From Setoptus koraiensis (Eukaryota; Animalia; Arthropoda), in NCBI GenBank assembly GCA_048013815.1, contig CM106586.1:23932001-23996000 (forward strand): a stretch of DNA of 64,000 nucleotides. Reading direction: 5' to 3'. Under the pieces are notes generated by a model. That model ran no database searches. It was given only the letters and a program-made list of their open reading frames with translations, and had not been told where the DNA came from. Below, one piece after another: positions 49,221-60,633 of the stretch (within the stretch, counting starts at the first letter, position 1; each line of letters opens with the position of its first letter). Made by a program: the position numbers and the translations under genes.

Positions 49221-49728
49221 GACCGACGTGAATTGGCTAAGGCAACCATGGATTAGTTTGCTTTTGAGGCAACTAGCACCACGCTGTGTCGTTTGCCTTT
49301 ATTATTAATTATTTACATTCCGGTTCGAAATTCACCCTTGTTTGTCTTGTTCCGTACCAAGTAACTTGTTTCGAGCATGCATTTCAAAGCCGTAAACGTG
49401 CAAGTTGGACACTCACACACGCTTCTTTTTCCGTTGTAGTACGCATGCGCAAAGCGCGCGCATTTCGGTGTTACAAACGGAATTTTACAGAAATAATGGG
49501 TTGCTATACTCTGCACTGTGGTAGTGACCTGAGCGCGAACAATCCAACCGTTTTTCTCAAACCTGAAATTCGAACTTAAGGCTGGGAATGCCGTTACACT
49601 ATTATTATTATTACATTGGAAATATTAAATACACGTTTCTATCTAACCACCTAAATTAAATCGAATATCTTGTTGAACGCTATTATTAGCTCAAGTAAAC
49701 AAATAAAAAAAATAACCAAACTAGCAAA

Positions 49729-50418
49729 ATGCCTATAAGATTGAGATCTTCGACTCGTGGAGCAACGGCCTCGGCCGACGAATCAACTGCGGCAAGTACT
49801 ACAGCAACACCTAGAAGATCAGAAAAAAAGTCCGCTCTATCAGCACCCTACGACAAACCATTAGTCGGTGAGGACTTAGCAAAATACACCAAATTGGCTA
49901 CTATTGCAACAGTGTCAGCTGTCCTGTTCGTCGTCGGAGTATACACGCTGATCCAACAGGATTATTTAAAACTTCACCCCAAGAATATTAGTCCCGAAAC
50001 ATTCAAGGGATATGCCTCAAAAGCGGAGTATGCTCTCAGGTATCAACTTCTATTAGTTACATGGCTTCTTATCAATGTACTGTTGGTAATATATGTTCGT
50101 GTTTCTAAGAAAGCCATCAATCCATTGACAGAAGCAACAGAATATGCCGTACAGGGTGCAAAAAATGTCTTGGCCAACAGTTTTGAGCAAATATTTATTT
50201 CACTCTTTGCACAGCTTATCTTTATTAGCTTTGCTGATAGCACCACAGTTTTGAAGTTTATACCAGCTATCAACATTGTACAATTTATTGGGCGAGTTAG
50301 CTTCTTCGCTGGCTATCCCATCTATAGAGCATTCGGATTTCAACTAACCATACTACCGAATGTTGTACTGGTATTTTATAATTTGTATAGATTTGGAAAC
50401 TTCGTCAATTTGTATTAA
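49729..50418 (+). CDS. TMEM79-like / MAPEG-superfamily membrane protein; intronless
   Basis: 229 aa, four to five TM helices; AINPL, LANSFEQ, IGRVSFFAGY..YRAFGF. Confidence 0.8.
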   Translation: MPIRLRSSTRGATASADESTAASTTATPRRSEKKSALSAPYDKPLVGEDLAKYTKLATIATVSAVLFVVGVYTLIQQDYLKLHPKNISPETFKGYASKAEYALRYQLLLVTWLLINVLLVIYVRVSKKAINPLTEATEYAVQGAKNVLANSFEQIFISLFAQLIFISFADSTTVLKFIPAINIVQFIGRVSFFAGYPIYRAFGFQLTILPNVVLVFYNLYRFGNFVNLY

Positions 50419-51016
50419 TTGTAATTGTATCAATTTGTATCATGTACATAATGTATAGATACTGATAAAGTTCATCATCAACACACGCGTTGTAGGACAA
50501 TAGTAAGCTCAATATTTATTAATCAACACAAAGTGTCAGACGAGGACGGGAAGATGAGAAAGATGAGAAAAAAAAGGAGGGAGAATCTGAAGGAGGGAAA
50601 AAAGGAGAGGATGGTGCGCGTTACCTTGTAAACATTTGTCAGCTGTATTTTTCAACCCATGTATTTTGACATATGCGCAACACAAGTTACAGGTTTTCAT
50701 GTTCACTAACACTCAAAATGCAAATTACGTCCATATTGGAATATTCCTTCGTTGAACATTTCTGTTTTCAAGAAGAAGAAGGGAAAAAATTACAGAAATC
50801 ATTAGACGGCTTACTCTGGATAGACGATAAATTTTGTACATATAAATATATACATGTTTATATATTTATATCCCCACTCTTCATGCCTAGATTGATTTCA
50901 TAAAAATGCATTCATACCAGACACCACAATAACTGTACATTATAAAAAGCACCGCTCATAAATATCAACCACAACAGGAAATGAATAAATAAATAGTACC
51001 CAACAAAAAATAATCT

Positions 51017-51018
<2 letters not shown>

Positions 51019-51052
<34 letters not shown>
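51019..51052. repeat. (AT)n microsatellite, about 17 units
   Basis: Read directly from sequence. Confidence 0.97.
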
Positions 51053-51055
<3 letters not shown>

Positions 51056-52325
51056 GGAAAGATAAAAGAATGGACGGTATGAACCAACATATACTGATTC
51101 ATCATCTCATCATTACTGGAATAGCTGTAATCATGCTGATATTCGCAGCGATAAATGTATTTATATTTCTTTGTCCCTAAATATTTACCATGATATTATT
51201 TGAATCTGTGATTCGGCCAGCTGGATCATGGTGAACTTACACAAAGTTGCTATGATGAAATCGTGTCGGTCAAACATTCCGGACTGTAGCACAAGCCACA
51301 TTTTTTGTAGCTTCATGAAGCTAACCAATATTGTATCCTCCTTTTGATATTTATGTTTCAATTAAAGATGTCCAAATACCTTGCCTACAATTTACTAAAG
51401 GAGAAGTAATAGGAGAGACTAAAAGATAGATAAATTGATTCCACAGTTTTTTAGTTTGAATCCTTCTGTGTTCGTCCACAATAGATTTCAGCAACGACAC
51501 AATACCCAAAACTATCGTTGTTGTACGCTCGCTACCTTGCCTCAACCAATCTAGATCAAACCATTTCTAAATGTTTTGGTGAAGTTTTGATTTAAATCAT
51601 CTAAATTATTGCAAGGATTTGACGATATCCGGAAGGAGAGATCAACTTACGGCGGAGTTTCGAATATTTAAAGACTAAAACTTAGTTGTCTGCTGAAAGC
51701 ATGCGTCGTATTGATATTCTTTGAAACAGACTACAGAAGACCAAATATTCTAAATATAAGAAGTTTTTCATTTTAATTCGTATCTATCCGTTAAGAATGA
51801 CGCTAAAGAGTTCCTCAAATGAATTCTGATCGAACTAAAGAGCCAAAGATAGAATGCTGCTTAGTGAGTATGCAATCCTTCCATAGACACTGAACACTTT
51901 TCATATGATTATTGATACGCCTTTAGTTTCTTTGAGCTGCATCCGATAGAACGATACTGGGTGCGCTTCACACAATCGAGGGGGTCTTGGAGCGATAATC
52001 ATGCTAAACCTGTATGATCAAAGTATGGAAAAGATGGCAAGGGGCTGCCGATCCAAGTTCAACTTGAAGAAAATACTTGCTTAGAGGGAAGCACGGCTTA
52101 GTGAGGTGTATTATCTGAATCCAAACCTCATAAGCGAACCAAAACTGTCGATGAACATGTGTGATAAATTAACGGAAGAGCGAATATCAACTACTATAAA
52201 TATAAGAATTATTTGACTTCTTTCAGTCAAAAGTTCACGCCCCCTTCCTACCTTGACTAGTCACATTTGCTCAACCGTAACAGTGAGATCAATTTAATCG
52301 GGCTAAAAATAACAAGGAACGACCC

Positions 52326-53126
52326 TTAATATAGAGACGTTTTTTTCATGATGTTTAAAAATTCACTTTCATTCACCTGATGGTCTCCATCTTGGTCAGC
52401 CTCATCTATCATCTCTTGCAATTCTTCATCGGAGATTTTCTCTCCCAGTTCTTTGGCTATTTCTTTGAGATTCTGGAATGTTACCTTTCCTGTCTTATCT
52501 ATATCAAACAACTCGAAGACTTTCGATATCTCTTCTGGGAGTCCTTTACGTTTGTCAGATTTCTGCATGTTTCCGATCCTGATACGCACCAACTCGTGGA
52601 AATCTTCTCTACTTATCATGTCCTCTTGTACCAGTCCACAATATTTTTGAGTCAAACGCTGAATCTCCTCAGATCGAGGTTCGTATCCGAGAGCTCGGAG
52701 AGCATTCTTGAGATCTTTGCGATGGATGAAATTGTTGCATTCAGTATCGTAAGTATCGAACGCCTTCTCAACATCTGTTCTTTCCTCCTTGGTGAGCTTA
52801 TAATCAACGATAGTGTTCTCCTCCTCGGCACGCGAATCTGATTTTGGTTGGTTGGGTTCAGATTGTTTTAGATTCCTTAGCTTCGATTTACTCTTATCTG
52901 AGACCGGTTTAGATTTATTTTGCGCGGGCTGCTTCTTTTTTGCCGCCGCCGCCCTTTTCTTTGGTACCTCTGGAGAGAAGCTAGCCTCATCGTCCTCTGC
53001 ATCATTGTCCGACGCTTCAGACGATGATTTTTCTTTTTCGGGGGCTATATTAACAATAGGTTTAATCGAACCCCTTGTGGAGCGAGTGGATCTGCGTACA
53101 GCCGATGGCTCTTCAGATGACTCCAT
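52326..53126 (-). CDS. CETN: Centrin (caltractin) with a long charged N-terminal extension; intronless, 266 aa
   Basis: LRALGYEP..EEI, FELFDIDKTGKVTFQNLKEIAKELGE..SDEELQEMIDEADQDGD..V...EFL.IMKKTSLY. ATG at 53126; the track start at 53168 is TTG. Confidence 0.93.
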   Translation of the reverse strand: MESSEEPSAVRRSTRSTRGSIKPIVNIAPEKEKSSSEASDNDAEDDEASFSPEVPKKRAAAAKKKQPAQNKSKPVSDKSKSKLRNLKQSEPNQPKSDSRAEEENTIVDYKLTKEERTDVEKAFDTYDTECNNFIHRKDLKNALRALGYEPRSEEIQRLTQKYCGLVQEDMISREDFHELVRIRIGNMQKSDKRKGLPEEISKVFELFDIDKTGKVTFQNLKEIAKELGEKISDEELQEMIDEADQDGDHQVNESEFLNIMKKTSLY

Positions 53127-55254
53127 ACCTAGGTGTATGTTTGATGAGTTGATGATGAAATGAGACAATTTAATAGAGAGGTGGCCTCAAATCATATCGA
53201 TATTTTGTGTTGTGTCTCCAAACGTGGTCGTACTTTCTGCATTTTCTAACATAAGTTGCACTCTACCTAAGCGGCAAATTCGAAAGAATTTGATCGTGCC
53301 CATTGCTGCATCACCGAGAGCGAGCGAGAGAGGGAGGCCCATAAACGAGTATATGTACTGTTAGATCAGAAGCAATCTAAACAGCCCGAAATACCACTGA
53401 GAATGGGCTTACCCTAGTCAATCCAATCCATCTTGCAAAGTCTATTTCGTCTCCGGCTGAACATTCCAGACCGACATGCTGCATTGATGGGGCGTGGCTA
53501 CAATTTTAGCCACGATCCGAAGCGAGAATTGAAATTCTACCGCGCCCATCCAAATTGATCAAAGTATTTTGTTGTTCAGGAAGAGAAAAAGGAAGTGATT
53601 AGATAACTGTTACGTTTTCATCGTTTAACGCTGATCCATAAGCAAATGATTTGTTGATAGATCTGGCTTGACCAAATGTGTTCGCGAGACACCATTCAAT
53701 CACCTAATAAATAATCGGAACAAATTGTTGAAACTTGTCCATTTCATCGACAATTTTCTACGCCACCATCTCGATTGAAATCAAAGAGATAATGCAGCGA
53801 ACACCGCAATTTTGCTTGGATGCAACCGTCTCATTTAGAATTAGTTACCGTGCAACAAATTTGGCTGGCTTAGATATTACTATGCTACAACGAGATAATA
53901 TCTTCGCGATTCGCGAATATGAAACGGAGCGACGGCCCAAATACGAACAACTTTTACTTCACATGTATTAGTCGTGCTCATTTGTTAATTATGTTTTGAT
54001 AGTAATTAGTGATTGAATTTTGCTGGTTGCCCATTAAATAAACTCAACCGGCACTCAATAGTTTGTCATTAGAGTTGATGCATATGATAAACATGCTGGC
54101 TTCTTCAAATCATTCGCTATATAAGATGGACGAATAAACATTTGATCTAGTCTCATGAACTTTGCCTCATCGTTTGTGTCAACAACAACACAAAGAAACA
54201 AACAATTGTAATCATGTTCATCTTTTAAATCCTCATTACATCTAATGAGTATCTAATATATATCACCATTTCAGTTGAACAAAAATTATCAATTTGAGCA
54301 TTCCACTCTCTGGGATTCTTATTACATACAAGATCACACTGGATGCCATTGGTATTACTATTTTTATTATTAGTGTAACATTATACATGTTTTGTTAGCA
54401 ATCTACAACTATCTAATCATTAGATATTCTTTGCCAATCAGTAATAATAACGAGGATCAATTACTGAACAAGCACAAGACACATTAATGATGATTATCCG
54501 ATATTGTGATAATGTTTTTCCAATCTTACATGCCAATCCAAGCATAGCACAGCAATAGTAATACCACTAACAAGATATTACCACCAGATACTTCTTTTTC
54601 TTAAATTCATTCAATGATTCACCGCGATGAATGGTATCAATGATAAACAGATAACACAGTTTGATAAGTAATAGTAGTGTAGTTTCACTGCAATGCTTTA
54701 CCAACAACAACACCATTCTCTTCTTTCATTCATCCATTCTGTTTCGCTGTGGCTTTGAAATCACAGAGGAATGAAATTATGGGAGTTGTCTAAATCAATG
54801 AGGCATCGAGAAACTAGAAAAAATGAAGATAACAATCACATTTATTTCATCATCTAGCTATCTTCAAACTGGCCAAGCCAAGAAGTCATGTTAGCAGTGC
54901 AGTTCATGGTGTGTATTGGATGAAAAGAGAAAGTTTAACCATCATCGTATCATATTGAGGTCTATGTGGTGGTACCATGATTACAATGTAATTGAAATGG
55001 CAATGCGCGACAGATCGACTTTTATGTTTCCCATCAATGATTATCTACTTTACTTTCATTCGCTTCAGATCTGTTTTTGCTTCTTTTCAATTTATCCATT
55101 CTTGCCATCCACATCAACGCCAACATAGAAGGCACTAAAGCGAGGGCAGGAGTGTTCAAACAAAACATCAAACATCGATGGAAAACTTTGATGATATTTT
55201 GGATGGATGCTGGCTATCTTGATGGAACATTTGATACTTCGATATAGTTGAATT

Positions 55255-55255
<1 letters not shown>

Positions 55256-55301
<46 letters not shown>
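55256..55301. repeat. (CT)n microsatellite, about 23 units
   Basis: Read directly from sequence. Confidence 0.97.
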
Positions 55302-55302
<1 letters not shown>

Positions 55303-56260
55303 ATTCACCACATGATGCCACTTCCACGTTGATCGACGGCGAAATACTTATACAAAGCTACTCGTTTCCATCTTAAGTAGCATCTTGATCCACGCCAATT
55401 TGCTCAAGTCTGTAATCCAATTTTGTTGCTAGCAGGTATATACTAACTAATAGAAACTAACTAATAAGATGACCACTATCAGCGCATTCTATTATTATGG
55501 GTTGAATGGTTACAGTAGTGGTAGTAGTAGCTGTAGTAGTGGCGCTAAAAAGCAGTTCTTCTAGAGGTCGATAGTTTGATATCACCTGCACAATCATCAT
55601 TTTTAAGTTGACTGGCAAACAATTAATTGATCTGGAAGACTTTTTTGCTTCACTCCTCTGTATTATGTTGCTTGGAGGTGTTAATGATTATTCGCCACTT
55701 GTTCGAGATGAAGAGACTCATTGTTGGAGCCATTGTTATAATCATTGGAGCGTTCATGGTATAGCTATTCTCAAACAATTGATCGATTGAAGTCATGTAG
55801 TTAGTCTACATTTAGTCTACTACATGTATATAGTGACTGTGTGATAATAGATTAGCCCATTTATCAGCATGCTGATCCTCTAATTGGTCCACACTAGTCA
55901 AATCAGACGGTAACCGTGATGAGTTTTAGGTGCTGGATAATCACGTAAAAATCACGTCGCTATCTTCTATCTCAGAATAAATACATCAGCTACTATACCG
56001 ATGTAAGCTCATATAATTGTCAGGTGCGAACGATTATGTTATTTCGATCATTGGTTTGATTTCATGCCATCTATTGGTTGGTAAATTTGTGCTAGAATGT
56101 GCAATTCGACGATGATGACTCGTAAGAGTAGTTTGAGAGAGTTAGCCGGGATTAATGTTGCATGTGTCAAGCCGTCGATCGATTAGCATAATCGGCTAAA
56201 CCTGGTAGTCAGACAGGTGAGACAACCGCTGTATTCTACTTTAGGGCGGTCAGTTGCAAA

Positions 56261-56263
<3 letters not shown>

Positions 56264-56331
<68 letters not shown>
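56264..56331. repeat. (GA)n microsatellite, about 34 units
   Basis: Read directly from sequence. Confidence 0.97.
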
Positions 56332-56334
<3 letters not shown>

Positions 56335-56857
56335 GAAAAAATCTCTCGCCATATTATTATGCACTCTTTTTGGCTCTAAAGAAACGGATTGTCTACCTAA
56401 TTCGATATAGAATAGGGCAACATTAATAATTTTAGGAGATTATCCGAGAGAAGCGTCACAAATCGAGGTAACTATTGACGATGTAGATAATGGACAATTG
56501 GCTGATGATGAACGGGTATCGATTCGAAGCCGGTATACAAATGTTTTCTTCAGCAGACAATTCTCTCTCTTTCTTTTTCTCATTTTGTTTTTTGTTTTTT
56601 TTTCTGTCCCTCTATCTTTTTGTAACTTATTGGGACAATGGTCGAAAAGAGCTCGTACCTGGAGAGAAAGACGCAAGGACAAGATGCAAAAAAGCGTCAT
56701 TAATTTACTGACAAATTGATTATGTACAGGTGTCTCGGTAGAGACAGTGCAAGAATAGAATGAGCATGAACTCTTCGGCTAGCTAATAAACGAATTGAAC
56801 TGAACCATAATCGAGTTAATGCAGGACGCATCAATGGAGCGTCTATTATTTGAAAGA

Positions 56858-56926
56858 GAAAGAAGGAAAAGAAAAGAAAAGAACAGAAAAGAACAGAACA
56901 GAACAGAACAGAACAGAAAAAAAAAA
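56858..56926. repeat. Pentamer microsatellite (GAAAA/GAACA)n
   Basis: GAAAAGAAAAGAAAAGAACAGAAAAGAACAGAACAG... read directly. Confidence 0.85.
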
Positions 56927-58294
56927 CCTGAAGACTGATAGATGCATACAAGGAATTCATCAGAGAACAAATAGATCACCTGCTGCTCATCTCTGTGAAC
57001 AGAGGCAACATTAACAAGTAGCATACTTGTGACTTTGTCGACTTGTTATATCAAGTTACTATGCTACTGATATTGCCTAAAAGTGCTACAATGAAAGGTT
57101 TCTTGGTTTGTTGCGGCAGAGTTTTCCCCCATTGTCCTACGTTAGTGTCAAAAATCACTAGTTAGTCGATACAATTTTGTAGATAGAAAGAGAGAGGTAT
57201 TGTAATCTTTATCTGTTCTATTATCTTGAATTCAATAATAATGATCAAATCAATGATTCGATGATGTCGCCTCGCAGCTGACAAAACAGCAACATAGCTT
57301 GATGATATATCAGACAAATAATGAAAGCTTGAATGATTTCGTTGCTGTTGATATAGCTTGTTCATTCTGTCTAAGCCAGTGGCTAGTATTAGTAACAACA
57401 ACAGCTTAAGACAATACCCTCTATCAACACTGTCTGATCTACTCATGCTGCTACTCGATGACGACGACCATTGAATGAAACAAGATAAAAAGAACAAATC
57501 GTTTACTTACCCTCTAAGCACTTGATGAGCGCAGATAGTTTTGTTTAGTTTCGCTTGTTTATCTTGCCACTCTCTCTTCATATAGCATCACTTTCACCTT
57601 GCGACTCATTGTGACTTTCTATTTTGTCTTTTTCTTTCTCCCTCTCCCAGGATGGAGCTCAATTGTGAAACAATTTAATTAGTCGATTGTCTTAGTGATT
57701 GGCTTTTATTTCAATAGCTCCAAATCAACAGAACGATGGTCATAACTTGTGTGTGTGTTAGTGTGCGACATAGATACGTTTGATTGATTAGTATTGTTTA
57801 GGGGAATTGGTTGTGTTCAGTTTGTACAGTTTCATATGAGTTGAGGAAGAGAGATAGAGATAGAGAGAGAAGAAAAAGAGAGATCGATCACAATATTACG
57901 CAACTAGTGCCTTATGGATGTCATATAGAAGCAGCAGTCGAGGCAAAAGAGGAACACACATGACGCCATGATTATTGATGAGACATGTTTTTTGTATGGT
58001 GCGCTAGACGGCGCCAGCAATCGTTTGCAGCAATGGTTGCTCAATAAACCATTGAGCATCTATAGCTTCTCTTGATGATTCCCCATATGACTCCATGATT
58101 CCGGTGATACACACACCGGCCATACAATAGACACCACCATTGCATAATAAGCTTATGTGTGCGTTGCCCACATAAGGGGAAAAGTGGGGATAGAGAGTGC
58201 GACCACTTGCTGTGTGCATCTGAGTTGCACTTTTTGCGCATCCCATCCTAAGATGCCCAGTCGCCATGCTGACTGGCTTGGTCAAGGGGGGAGG

Positions 58295-58580
58295 GAACGC
58301 GCCAATCGTGTATGGGGTGTCACCAGCAAATGACCAAGTCACAAAAGCACATGCGCAGCTCAGCAGCACAGAACTTGCATTGCGCGTGAATTGTGCTCGT
58401 TTTGTCCGAGGAGTGCGTTGAGTTTGATTAGTGCTGCTGCGGGCGCACTGTGTGCCCAAGGCACATTATGTGCTTGCATGACTTCCATTATGCGTCATAT
58501 AAAATGCACTGTCGAAGGCAGCGTAGTATTGTCTGTAGGAACTTGGTCATTTGGTGGTGCCATCCGCTATTGGCCGGTTC
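58295..58580. other. GC-enriched nested inverted-repeat (foldback) element; old MITE or structured RNA
   Basis: Nested pairs: GAAC..GCCAAT/ATTGGC..GTTC (outer), CAAATGACCAAGT 58327-58339 / 58541-58553, AAGCACAT 58345-58352 / 58468-58475, CAGCAGCAC 58361-58369 / 58431-58439. Confidence 0.5.
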
Positions 58581-59743
58581 AAAAGGAATATTGAAAAAGG
58601 GAAAGAGAGAACTTTTTTGTTGTTGCTGTGAATGCTTCTTACTGTTGCATCGTCTTTGTGACTCACACAGTTGGTTTGCCGATGCTGTCGATTATACTGT
58701 ATCATTTCATTTGTAAGTTCGCACAAGGAACAAGACACACACATATACTCACATACAAACTAATGTACTCGCGCATAGCAACATACAATAAATGCCTAGG
58801 GACTAGTGAACAAACACATATACATGGAATTTCTGACCAGTTTGCCACTCGGAAATTGTGTCAGTATTGTTCGTCAAAACAGTATCAATAGCAAAAATCT
58901 ATACATCATACAGTCGATCATCTTTTCAATCTTTCGTATTGAATGTGTGTGAAAGAGTTGCTCAATTGCCGATTCATCTGAGGTCAATATTAATTGAGCA
59001 ATTGCCGCCAGATTGTCTGGCCTCCCGGATAGAATAGAAACGTGTCGCTAGAATGTGTGTTGTTGCGCGTGCGCTTGTCTCAAAAAGTTTTCAGTTGCAC
59101 CATAGTCGAAACGCACACACCGACCTCAAGAGCCCGTGTCGCAATTAGTCGTCAACGTATATATACAGAGACAAATGAATTGCGGTGAGTGCGCAAATCG
59201 AATTATTGCATACCCACAATACACATAATTGTTATATCAACTGATGATTAACGCATCCACGCACACACACGCACATACACGCACACACACACACACCGCT
59301 AATATATATAGTTGTATTGCAATTGCAAAAGAGCGAAATCAGCAATTAGCAGCAACATCAAGAGCCACCAACAAAACGATCGACGCCATTTTGATTGTTT
59401 AAAAAGTTCTATTTTAACCAGTGAGTAACCGTCAGTTCTCTCTGTTAGTTAGTGCTCCATCCAGCATTTTTGTAAGAAAAATTCGATCGCACTATTCACT
59501 CGCGTATATCACACACAATCAATATCCTCATATAGTCACATATAGTCACGAGAGCATCTCAACATACAAGCTAGCTGCCACAGTGAACATCCATACTAAA
59601 CATCGTATTTTGAATTTATCAGTAATAGTAGATATTATATTATATTTCATCGAAATCAAATATCAGCAAGATATTGGAGAAAAATTACATCAGCATCATT
59701 GTCGGGGAAATATAATGATAATTATCAATTAATTACAATCAAA

Positions 59744-60586
59744 ATGGATAACAACAACAATATTAGCTCGCCAATACACAAAGTATTATTAGCGGCATCC
59801 CAATATACGAGATGCTGCTACAATATCACTAGATTATTATCTCTGATTACGGCCATTATTATATCTAAGTCACTAGTTGCTCTATGTGCAGCCACCCCAG
59901 ATCAATTGGATCAACAATCATCTATCACTAATCATCATAATTATAACCACAATAATCATATTCTGCCACTACCCGCTATACCCGTACCACAAGCGTTACT
60001 ATCTCACCAATCAAGATCGCCACAGCAAGATCATCATCAATCATTTGGCGATTATAAAACCTACAATATATTGAAGGGTGATAATGTCACATTTGAATGT
60101 TCGCTTGATCATCATGAAGCCGATCACGCTGTCTGGATGTATCAGTTAGACGTACAAGAAGTTCCCATGTTTCTAGCTGCCAAAAAGTCAACGCAACAAG
60201 ACTTTATATCAACTAACCAAAACAAATTTTCACTTATTTCAACTGGACGATTGCAAAAATTAACAATTCATAACGTCCAACCTATTGATCAGGGCTTCTA
60301 TGTTTGTCAAATACAAAACAATGCCATGAGATATAACAAGCCCAAGAGTAAATTCTTGTTGAATGTTGCAACTAAACCAACAATAGAGAAAATAATTGAA
60401 CATATCAAAACGCCTCAACCAATCAACAACGAGCATACAATAACAAACAACGAATTTGCACCAGTACTGGAATACGATTCTAAATTTGACCACGAAATTG
60501 GATTATCTTGTCTAGCAACCTCAGATCCAGCTCCACAATATAAATGGTACAAATATCAACAACCAAAAATCGTTGACAGCCAAACG
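59744..60586 (+). CDS. First coding exon of an Ig-superfamily cell-adhesion protein (Lachesin/DIP/IgLON-like); continues after an intron, remaining exons not identified
   Basis: Hydrophobic leader; Ig domain 1 GDNVTFEC...VW...LTIHNVQPIDQGFYVCQI; Ig domain 2 LSCLATSDPAPQYKWYK; donor ACG|GTAAGT at 60587. Confidence 0.8.
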
Positions 60587-60633
60587 GTAAGTGCATCCAT
60601 TTTCAATGTCTCTCAATATTTTCGCCTATAGAT

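Noticed and set aside
56217-57497. Small ORFs with RE repeats, Phe/Ser runs or a hydrophobic stretch
   Set aside because: Translations of microsatellites and low-complexity DNA; no recognisable domain.
58004-58459. 151-aa minus-strand ORF
   Set aside because: No recognisable motif; long ORFs are expected in a GC-rich island, and the foldback structure explains the region better.
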